A DNA stretch of 64,000 nt from Octopus vulgaris (lineage: Eukaryota). This document shows, piece after piece, positions 49,501 through 61,500 of this stretch. The notes under the pieces were generated by a model. It was given only the letters and a program-made list of their open reading frames with translations, did no database searches and was not told the DNA's origin. The stretch lies in the NCBI GenBank assembly GCA_951406725.2, contig OX597815.1:114700001-114764000 (forward strand), given 5' to 3'. Within the stretch, counting starts at the first letter, position 1. Every line of letters begins with the position of its first letter. A program made the position numbers and the translations under genes.

Positions 49501-52500
49501 TGGGAGCTGAAGGAAGCTCATTACGTGTGATTGTGTATGTGAGTTCTTATTTCCCCTTGTCTTGACATGTGTGCAAACTGATTGTAAGCATGACTAACTC
49601 TTTATCGTTTGCAGTCCACTGTGAAAGTGTATCCAGCCTTGTTGACATGTGCACACTGATTGTAAACAAGAGCCTCACCATTCATACAAATGGTGTCATT
49701 TATTTTGCAGTCCCCTGCAAAATCATGCCCAGACTGTTTTGTTTTTCAGTAGTCTGAGACATTATCTTGCTTGGAAACAAACGAGGGTTGATATTGGGAA
49801 GGGCATTAGGCTGTAGAAAACACTGCCTCAATGTCATCTTACTTGATAAAAACAATGATAGCTTTGACAACACTGTCACCACCAAGGAGGTGAAGGAGCA
49901 AAACAAAAGAGGTGAATTTGCTGTTTCTGTATTTTAGATCTAATCAATCAAAGCTAAGCGGAGTTACTCAGTAATTAATTAACATTTATGAAAATATATA
50001 CTTAGATACTCTATTTCTACATCATTTAATGTCTTGTTATTTTGCTCATTTTCTTCTAGTTTAAGCAAGTATCTTTTTTATATCGTAGGTGGCTCATCCT
50101 GATGGCAAAAATGTCCATGTTGACTGGGAACGATATCGTGTGTTTGATAAAGAAGTTGTACAGATGTTCCTTTCCATGATCAAATCTGCTGATTCAGCCA
50201 GGTTTGATTATTTCTTTTTATTTTTGGATTTCTTTAATTTTTTTATAATGATAGTCAGTAATAATAACACTGGTTTACAGAATATTTTTTTGCTCTGAGA
50301 CAAGGATGTGAATAGGTGTTTTTTACTAATTTTGATGAGGTAAATTCAATTTTTTTAACAATCTTGCTCTATCACATCATCATCATCATCATTGTTTAAC
50401 GTCCATTTTCCATGCTGGCATGGGTTGGACAGTTTGACTGAGGTCTGGAAAGCCAGGAGGCTGCACCAGGCTCCAATCTGATCTGGCAAAATTCCTACAG
50501 CTGGATGCCCTTCCTAACGCCAAACACTCCAAGAGTGTAGTGGGTGCTCTTTACGTGCCACTGGCTCAGGAGCCAGTCAGGTGGCACTGGCATCGGCCAC
50601 ATTTGGATGGTGCTTTTTACATGCCACTGGCACAGGAAGCCAGTCTGGCAGTATTGGCAACAACCCACAAAACGAATTTTGAGTGACATTCAGCATGCTA
50701 TATCCTCATAAGACTATAACAACTTCTCGATACACTCTTGGTAATCTAGTACTTGTGTGTTACCAAGGAAGCCATGGCAGACTGACTTAAACGATTCCTA
50801 TGCTCTCAATTCTTTTAAGGTAAGGAGCTCCTCAAAGTCCTTATCCTTCAGCACCTCTCAGATCTGAGGTCTGATGAAGATGCCCTCCTTGAGTTTAGCA
50901 GAACTCAAGGCTGGGAACAGAGTGCACAAGTGTTGGAAGGCAGCACCATTTTTGTCCATGACCTTCACAAAATTCTTCATTAAACCAAGCTTGATATGAA
51001 GAGGAGTAAGAAGCACCTTGTTCATGTCCACCAGAGGATTTTCTTGGACACTGTGTTCACCAGACATGAAAGTGCTCCTAGATCCCCAGTCCTTTTGCTT
51101 ATAGTGCTTGGACACAACCTGACTGTCCCAGAGACAGAGAAAGCAACAGTACTTTGTGAAGCCTGTTTGCATACCCATAAGGAGCCCAATGACCTTGAGG
51201 TCCCTGCAGAGACTCCATTGGCACTGGTTGTACTTGGCAGCTTCCAATAAGAGCTCTATATTGTGATATGTCTCCTTCAGATGGACTGAGTAGGCAATAG
51301 GAATGCTAGAGTATTTATTCTCCTTGTGCAGGAACACAGCTTTCAGACTTTGCTTGGAAGAATCTATGACAAGATGCCAGTCTGAGGGATTGTGTGGGAA
51401 ACCAAGGGAGGTAGATAAGCCAGAGACATTTGTGCAGTAGCACAACCTGTTTTCCATGTTAAAGAATGAAGCAAAGTCCTGGTTCATGTCCTGAAACTGA
51501 TGATCCTTACATCTGCCTTGACCAATGCTTAAGCCGGGATGCCAGAAGCTCTGACTGCTACTTAGATAGATACTAATCATGGGCAAGATCATTCAGGTCT
51601 TCCTGCATGGTCCAGTGGGGCTCATTGTCTTTAGAAGAAATCAACTTGGTAGAACCTTCCCCTGAAGGCATTTCTTCATCTGATGAAGGAAGATCCTTAT
51701 TTGCTGGGAGTCTAGGGACAGGGGGATCATCTGAGTTGAGGGACAGGTCTTGTAGCTGAGGGAAAGTTGGGATATTTTATCTTTTTTCTAGAAGAAGCTG
51801 TTGTATTTGTTAGTCAAAAATAACAATCATCTGCATGACTTTCTGACTTTCTCCAAACCATCGGGACAGCAAAGTTGAAGGCTGCTTTCTTGTTGTTAAT
51901 CTATTGTAGCAGGGATTAGATGGGACCCAGGATTTATCCAGATCTCCAATTTTACAGTCAAAATAATGAAAGTAAGCAGTTCTCAGGAGGGAAGTAATTG
52001 TTTGGCGCTGTGCAACTGTCATGAAATCTCTCCACACGTAGCAGAATGAATTTGCCTTGTTGATGCATCATTGGTGTTTTGAAGTGTCTGAAATCATTGT
52101 AGAGATATGTATTATATGTATCACAAAAATCTGGAAAACAAAATAAAAATTGATCATATATATGGTTGCATGAATTGTTGCAAAATCATAATAATGTATA
52201 TCTCAAAAACTAGAGGTGATGAGTGAAAATTGGTTTTGTATCTGAAATCAGAACCCCAAAATTAGGCTGGAACAACTATTTTTATATTTGCCTCAATTTC
52301 TCTGTAAACTAGTGTAATGAATCTCTTAGGTTTAATCTTATAAGTATCATTTGAAAATAAAGATTGTATATATTTCTACGTACATTGAATACTTTCTCTT
52401 ATTAATTTAATTGATTAAAGTACTTCTAAAATCAATGATAAAACTAAATATTATTTTAAAATTTGTTTTTTTTCTTTCTTTCCTCTATTAGAGTGTATGA

Positions 52501-55500
52501 TGTGATTAAGAAAGAGAAGACCAAATCTCATCCCCAGGCTTTAAACACAGTTGAAATGCTTCGGATTGCAAGTTCTGCGTTGGGTAAAATTCTATTTATA
52601 CTAAAACTTACTCAGTGAGTAACATTACTATTTAAGGCACAATTAGAAATAAAAGTGAAAATTTTTAATTGCAAATTAATGTTGTGTTTCCTAACTTTTT
52701 TTTCTATAGGTATGAGTCCCCACCATACCATGCAAATTGCTGAAAGATTGTACACCCAAGGCTATATCAGTTACCCAAGAACAGAAACAACACACTATCC
52801 CGCAAACTTTGACCTTGTGTAAGAAAACATAAATACAACTTAATAGTTTATAAAAATATTTGGTTTATAAATTGACAGGATAAAGATAGAGAATGTTGCA
52901 GCCTTGACTCAACAATATTTTCCTTGTTTTCTTCATGGTCTTAAACTATTAATCAAAAATTTTAATCCTTCAAAGTATATTACGGAGCCTTTTCTCGTAT
53001 TTAAGAGTGTCTCTGTTTAGAATAGAACATTGTTATTTGTATCTATTTTTCAATGTTAGCATGGGGTGGATATGGTTTTTACAAATTTAGGCATTTGGTT
53101 AAATTTGATAAATCATCAAGTTGAATTGTGGAAGCTGCAGTCAACAAGATAAACTGTAGTTTTTAAGTCTGATATTTATTCTGTCATCTGCCAGACACTA
53201 AATAATGGAGATGTAAAGAAGCTGACTCTGGTTGTCACACACCCATGTGCATGACAAGTTTCCACACAATTTCCAGATATCAAATTCACTTACAAGGCAT
53301 TGATTGGCTATTGTAGAAGACACGTACCTATGGTACTGTGCTGTGGGACTGAACTTGAAACCACATGGTTGCAAAGCAAGCTTCTTAACTACACAGTCAT
53401 GCCTATAAGTGCAGTTCCTTTGCACACGAAACAAAAAACTTATTGGAAATTTGATTTCAGTAGAATAGCCATTTTATTCATACAGTCATTGTGAGTCTAG
53501 TAATTAAGGAAAATATTTAAGTTTGCAGAGCCAACTATCCTGTATTGTTGAAAATATGCTTTGGAGAGGCAGTCATATTCTGGAGATGATGAGATCAATT
53601 ATACTCTTTCTGAAAAACATGTGCCCTTGTACTTAATATTTGAAGTCATTACTTTGATATCTATCAATAATATTTGTCAGTACTTCTAAATGATTGAATT
53701 AACTGCAGTATTTCTGGCTTTTTTCATCATGTAAAAATTTTCAGTACTTCATTACTGTAACCTCTTGTCTCATGAGATCACTTTCTACTTCAGTGGTACC
53801 TTACGGCAGCAAACCAACAGCTCCCAGTGGGGTTCTTATGTTAAAGACCTTTTAAAGCAAGGAATTCAGAAACCAAGGTATGAATTTTTTATCATCACTT
53901 TTTACTACTTATATACTGTATTTTAAGGGTATGAAAGGTATTGGTGTCAGGAAGACTCAAAAGGTATCAGGTAAACGCTAAGTAAGTGCTATGGATAGAC
54001 CATGGCTTGATAATGATACAAGTGAGGAGTCCAACATGGGTCATGTATTAGTATGTATATATCCATGTATGTATACATATTCACACATACATTCTTACTT
54101 TCTTTTTCTACTAATTTACCACACATGTCTATAGCAATTTGACTCCCTTATATTCTTCATTCCACCTCAACTTTTACTATCAAAACCAAAACCCACTTAC
54201 ATATCACCCCATTCTTCCCTTCTCTCTACCTTTTCTGTACCCATCCCTTAATACAGCTGTACCACACCACCCCTACTCACATATCTCACACTCTTTTACT
54301 CCTTGCCCTCTCATCTCTTCCTCTCTCTCCCCCAAACCTCTCCCATCTTATTTCTTTATTGCCCACAAGGGGCTAAACATAGAGGGGACAAACAAGGACA
54401 GTCAAAGGGATTAAGTCAATTACATCGACCCCAGTGCATAAATGGCACTTAATTTATCGACCCCGAAAGGATGAAAGGCAAAGTTGACCTTGGTGGAATT
54501 TGAATGCAGAACGTAACGGCAGACGAAATACCACTAAGCATTTCGCCCAGCGTGCTTATTAATAGAGTGTCTGACAAAATACCTTGTAGTATTTGAATGT
54601 CACTTTACATTCTGAATTGAAATCCTGCCCCAGGTACCTTACCTTTCATCTTTCCAATATCAGTAAAATAAGTTCTAGGATCAGTGTAGTTGATTATACC
54701 ACAGAAAGCAGTGCATTGCATGGCAACAGGCCAGTGAGTGAAACCATTAAAAAGATGTATTTCATTTCTTTATTGTTCATTTTTTATGTTCTCTTTCTAC
54801 ATTTATTTGATATAAACAAAATATTTATTTTCTTTCAGGAAAGGTCATGATGCTGGTGATCATCCCCCTATTACTCCAATGAAAGGGGCCAGTGAGAGTG
54901 AGCTTGGTCATGATGCCTGGAAACTCTATGAATATATTGCACAACATTTCATTGCTACTGTAAGTATATAGACTGAGGTTAATGTTAATTTTTTTTTTAA
55001 CATATTCATTTCCTTTAAGAACGATTTGAGACATTTTTTCTTTTGCAACAAGGCTTGATCTTGGAAAATATATCCATGTTTCATTTCATAGCAAAACTAC
55101 ATTTTTAAACACCAAAAATTTGTGTTTATTTTTCATGCTCTGTTGTTGTATGTTTAGTTTAATGGTAGTCAGACTAACATCAGTGTATAAATTAGCTCAG
55201 CTTGTGTGAATTATGATACATTCACACAATGTGGCTCTGAGCTCTTTTACTAGGTTTCATAGTGTTAGAGATAAATGACTTCTAATTGTGAGTTAAGGAT
55301 ATTTGAAAATAATCAGTTCCTTCTTCATACAACCCTGTTGAGAATTTGAGGTGTATTCCCATGTTTCATTCTACGTCAAGGCTATATGTGTTCTAAAGAT
55401 GTAAATATATTTTTGTGAACCAAATTTATTCTAATTTTCTTGCCATGTTGATATATTAGTAAAAAAACTGTTTCAAGCATAGAGACATAAGATCTTGAAT

Positions 55501-58500
55501 TTGAGGGAGAAAATACTTCATTATATTAGGGTTTGTAGTCTTGCAAACTGCATGACGGCCTTGCTAGAGCTTTGCAAACTGAATGATCAACTCGTGTAGT
55601 TAGGAGAAACCAAGACTTAGTTTTGTGTAGCATAGAAGATGCCAGTACTTAGATTTTTGATTACATAGTTTTGTAAAAATATGCTGGAATGAAATATATG
55701 TTTTGTAAACTTTTTGTAGGTCTCTCCTGATTGTCGTTACATGCAAACAACCGTTTATTTTGAGATTGGCCAAGAGAAGTTTACCTGTACAGGTAATATA
55801 CTCAGTGATCCTGGCTACACTGCAATTATGACATGGCAAGCTATTACAGATGACGAGGAACTGCCACCTTTTGTCAAAGGAGAAAATTACAATGTTACAG
55901 AAGTAAGTACATTTTTACAAGTGTTCTCAGTTTTCTGTCCTTGAATAAATATGAAATAAACAGTCAGTGGTGGGTTATAAGTGTGTATATTGTTTTCTCT
56001 CCTTATCTACACTCATGGAGTGGTTGGCGTTAGGAAGGGCATCCAGCTGTAGAAACACTGCCAGATCTGACTGGGCCTGATGAAGCCTTCCAGCTTCACA
56101 GACCCCAGTTGAACCGTCCAACCCATGCTAGCATGGAAAACGGACGCTAAATGATGATGATGATGATCTCTTTGTGTATGTTGCAGTTTGACATGTTTTT
56201 GACCTTTCCTTTGTGTACATTCACCCTACTTTCCGTAGTTTATGTGCTTAAGTTATCCTCCCGGTTCTGTGACTGTATTTGTGGTGATTCACAAACCTGT
56301 GTCGTTCACAAATCTTATAGCTTTTAAGGATTCTACGTCTTTCTACAAACATATTTTCTTGAATATTTCTTGCAGTGCACTGAGGAAAATGTTGGGACTG
56401 ATAGGGTCTCTTTGCATGAATATTATGTTGAAAGATAGAATTTGATGTATAGATATGAGAGGGAAAACAGGAGTTAGAGATATACTTTGAGAACTAGCTA
56501 AAACAAAGTGAAGGTGAGCAGGTGATTTAGCTAGATGAAAGGACACCAGATAGACATAAAGAACCCTGGAACAGATTCCTTGAGAGAGATTGAGAAGGGA
56601 GAGGCAGACAGAAAAGAAGATAGGAGGATGACAAATTAATACATGAAAACAATGAAGGGAAGTACAAGACTTGTTTGGGTGAGAATGACAATAGAAATAA
56701 AGTGGTGGAAATGGATTTGGGAGGGCAATGGACTATTATAGCCTAAGAGAAAAAGAATGTTTGTGTGCATGGACCTAAAACACTGGAAATGACTAAATAA
56801 GGTGGTACATTGTCTTTGCTCTACCTTCTGAACTGATTCAAAACATCAGTATCTGAGCAATATTCTTTACTGTAATTAAAAACTTGTCTCTCTTGTACAA
56901 AATTAGGTATTCAGGTTGTGTTTTAGATTTAATTATTGATTAAAATATCCAATTGGTTAATATATATTATATAATTGTTTATTATATATTACATGTGGAC
57001 TCGGCTATATATATATATATATATATAAGGGAGCTCTTACCTCTGCTGGTGACTAAAGGCCTCTCGCTCAGAGTAAAAGGCAGACTGTATGATGCATGTG
57101 TACGAACAGCCATGCTACATGGCAGTGAAACATGGGCCGTGACTGCTGAGGACATGCGTAAGCTTGTGAGGAATGAAGCCAGTATGCTCCAATGGATGTG
57201 TAATGTCAGTGTACATACTCGACAGAGCGTTAGTACCTTGAGAGAAATGTTGTACCTAAGAAGCATCAGTTGTGGTGTGCAAGAGAGACGATTGCGCTGG
57301 TATGGTCATGTGGCGAGAATGGATGAAGATAGGTGTGTGAGAAAGTGCCAATCCCTAGCAGTTGAGGGAACCCGTGGAAGAGGTAGACCCAAGAAAACCT
57401 GGGACGAGGTGGTGAAGCACGACCTTCGAACTTTAGGCCTCACTGAGGTAATGACCAGCGACCGAGACCTTTGGAAATATGCTGTACGTGAGAAGACCAG
57501 GCAGGTCAAGTGAGCCCAGCCCACTTATGCATGCCTTTCCTCCCTTGGACACAAAGACCTGTTGAGGCAAGTGAAGTCAATATAGAACCTCATCCGACGA
57601 CAGGCACCCATGCCAACCCCCTTTGCTTGCGAAGACATGTTGGGGCAATCGAAATCGAATTGAACCAGCCAGGATCCCTGGTCTGGTGGTATGTAAAAAG
57701 CACTATCCGACTCGTGGCCGATGCCAGCGCCGCCTCGACTGGCCTCCGTGCCGGTGGCACGTAAAATACACCAATCCGACCGTGGCCGTTGCCAGCCTCG
57801 CCTGGCACCTGTGCAGGTGGCACGTAAAAAGCACCCACTACACTCACGGAGTGGTTGGCGTCAGGAAGGGCATCCAGCTGTAGAAACATTGCCAGATAAG
57901 ACTGGAGTCTGGTGCAGATCCCCAGTCGAACCATCCAACCCATGCTAGCATGGAGAACGGACGTTAAACGATGATGATGATGATATATATAAATAAATAT
58001 ATACAAGCATGGAAGGTGAACATTGAACGATGATATAGTAAAGTTGAGAATGATGTGAATACCAGGGTAATTTAACATCGTTTGTACTAAACAATTTTGC
58101 AAATAAATACTTTTTTTTCCTCCCATTCAGGTCCGACTTGCTGAACGTCAGACTGGGCCTCCTGATTATCTGACTGAAAGTGAGTTGATTACATTGATGG
58201 AAAAACATGGTATTGGTACTGATGCGAGTATTCCTGTTCACATCAATAACATATGTGAGCGGAATTATGTTCAAATTATATCGGGGCGTAAACTAAAACC
58301 AACTACATTGGGTATAGTTTTGGTGCATGGCTATCAAAAGGTAAAAGTCTAAACTAACATTTTCATTCATTTATATATAGTTATCTATATTGTTGTAATA
58401 TAACATCTGTTTTGTCACACTGGCATGGATTGGATGTGTCTGTTCTACTTCATATTGTCACTCTTGATGTTCCTTTGTCATTCCATCTCTTAAGACTTAA

Positions 58501-61500
58501 CATGCTTTAGATCCAATACCTTTTCTTCTTCCCATGTCTTCCTCTGCCGCATTGTAGTTCTCTCTCCTGCAAACACCATCTCTCAAGCTACTTGTGCTCC
58601 ATTTAAGAAGTCATCATATAAGAATCATCACAAAATAGTAGCATTGAATATGTAAGCAGTTTTATTTCAGTACAAATGTGTTGAGGCTAAATAGCCTTGT
58701 ATTTTGAATTGATTATTTTTGAAAGAATTGGTACTGTACAATGTATGTGTGGCCAAGGTACTGAAATTTTTGTTGAATTAATCTGCTTAGCTAAAAATAT
58801 ACAGTGCTGGTACTGCTCATTACTGGAAATAATGAAAATACTGTATTGATAAGTGTTTAAGTTTAGCTTGTATTGCGTCTTCAATGCTTTAGTGAGCATC
58901 CAAGAAGAACAGACTCCACTGTTGCCATAAACAACCTTTCAATTTCTTTGCTAACTTTGAAATCCATACCTTTCTCAATTTATGGCGTGCGCTCCAGGCA
59001 AGAGCTTTCCTTGCTACGATGTCTTCAGTACTTTGTCCATACACCAAGGTATTTGAAATTTTCAACTACCTTGAGTGACTTACCGTCTCTCACATTCACT
59101 GACACAGGCATTTCGTGGTTGGTTACTTGCAGCTCTGTTGTCTTTGCATTACAGTACAATCCTACCTTCCCCGATTCCTACTCTAATCTGCTCAGCACCT
59201 CCTGTGCCTGATCTGTCCTGTCTGTTAGTAAAGTCATCAACATAGTCAGTTATTTTTACTGCTTGATGCTGTCTACTTCTTTGACTATGCAGTTTGAATC
59301 CCAGTTCTTCTTCCTTGCCCTCATATGTTCTACGCATTACATAGTCCAGAACAATGGCAAAGAGATAAGGTGCTAGCGTGTCGCCTTGTGATACTCCAAC
59401 TTTGACTTCAAAGTATTCCGTCTCCCCATCAGGAGTGATCACTTTCTCTCTGGTGTTCTCATACAGCTTACTTATTGCTCTCAGAATTCTTGGTGGAATA
59501 TGTGCTTTAAGTATCTTCATCATCATTCCTCTGTGTACTGAATCAACTGGATGTTTGTTATACGAGGATGCTTAGAATGGCACTTGGTGTCTCCTGGAAG
59601 AGTCATGCAACAAATGCCAACTTATACCAGGGACTACTGTTATGACCTGGTGGCCATTACCCAAATTTGTAGAATCAACGAGGAAAGGGTGAATCCAAAA
59701 CAACAACACACCATGAAATTTTTCTAAAATATTATTAACAATAGTCAGCATAAAAATCAGCTTACATACAAAACGAATATATACACAAACAAAAAGCAAA
59801 TGCTACACCAGATTTGCAGTTAAAATATTTACAAAGGTAACATATATATATATACAGTTCAGAATTCGGACTCTGAATCCTAGTTTTTGGTTTCACCAAA
59901 ATTGATCTCACACAAAACCTGGCCTCACAAATTTGTTTTTTTTCAAAAATATACCTTCCAAATATTTGGACTTCATAAAACCTGGATTTCGATTCTAGTA
60001 CAAATTCAGTTTTCGAACTTCAGATTTCAAACAGTGGATTTCGAACCTTGGAATGTCATAAAATCTGTCTTCCATCAATTCGGTGTTCAACCTTGGGTTT
60101 CGAACCTTGGATGTAGAAACCTTGGACCTAAACATAAATAAATCTAATGTCAAAGCAACCGTTTAAACTAAAAGTTCATGACACAAAATGGCTGCCAGAC
60201 TACCCCAATAATTATAGTAAACAAATTAAATAGTTAAACAAAAAATCTAGTTTGCTTTAAATTCATACAAAACTGCTTCATACAAGCATGCTGAGTAACC
60301 ATTAGACAAAATTTACAGTTGTCTAATACAAAAATTTGGCTACATGAAAAATTAATTCATACACCCTTTAGCTATTTATATATATTTTAACATTTATCTT
60401 AATAGAAAATAGTTAGCAGAATTACTACACTACCTGCTGCAAATGCAGGGTTCAAAATTCACATAAATATTGTAACATAACCTAAGAGATTTTTGTACTC
60501 ACCCAGATGTGACACAGGAATTATTTTAAATTTGACAAAAGTTCTGGTGAATTCCTGGAGCATGAAATAAATCCATAAATGCCTAACACAAAGCACAATA
60601 TGCATAAACTAAATAGGTAATCATAGCTTCCAGAATCCAATTGAACAACTTTGTCTCATGGAAAAACTGTCACAAAAAACTGGTGGGTACAATTATCTCT
60701 GCTTATAAAGGTTTGCCAGGGTCTAGCCAATTTGTTATAGTTTTACTGTTTTAGCTAATAACACCTAGTTTCCCCCATTTTGACAATGAATTCATCCTGA
60801 TCTTACAGTACAGCATGTAAAACTGTTTACCTGTTTAGTTATAATTTCCTAACACTACCAAAAGTAACATTGAAGATACAGCATAGAAGGATGAGGCTAG
60901 CTAGACACTGCATCAGACATACTAACGAAATTGCTAGCAAGCTAGTGCTCTGGCAACCAACAGAAGGAAGAACCAGGAGAGGAAGGAGGAAGATAACCTG
61001 TATCGAAAACTTGCTGGAGAATACTGGTATGGAAGGGGTACAGGAGCTGAGGACCATTATGGAAAATCAAGGTGAATGCAGAAAATGTGTGGAAACGTCT
61101 TGTGGGGTGTCCTGAGGGATGACCTAGATAAATTGTATTGCAGAATTTGAATCATATTGATTATTGTTTGAAAAATAGCAAGCTGGTGCTGATTTACATG
61201 GGGAAAAATAGTTTTCAAGTGGTACTCATATGAAGCATAGAAGAAAGAAATTCAGGAATCATGAATGTATTTTGAAGTAGAAAAGATATCATGTGGATCA
61301 TGCCCTAAATAAATTTAACTTGCTAGTATTTAATATATATGTTGTTGAATACCAGCATTTAAATATTCTCTTATTTGTTATTTATTGAATATTAATCTTT
61401 TCCTAGATTGATGCCGATTTGGTTTTACCAACTATGAGGTCTGCTGTAGAACAACAGCTCAGCTTGATAGCCCTTGGCAAGGCATGTTTTAGTGTTGTGC

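Noticed and set aside
57715-57836. HDV-like ribozyme suggested by GGCCG...CCAGCCTCGCCTGGC resemblance
   Set aside because: No P1 3' partner or P2/P4 arrangement could be built; the resemblance looks coincidental
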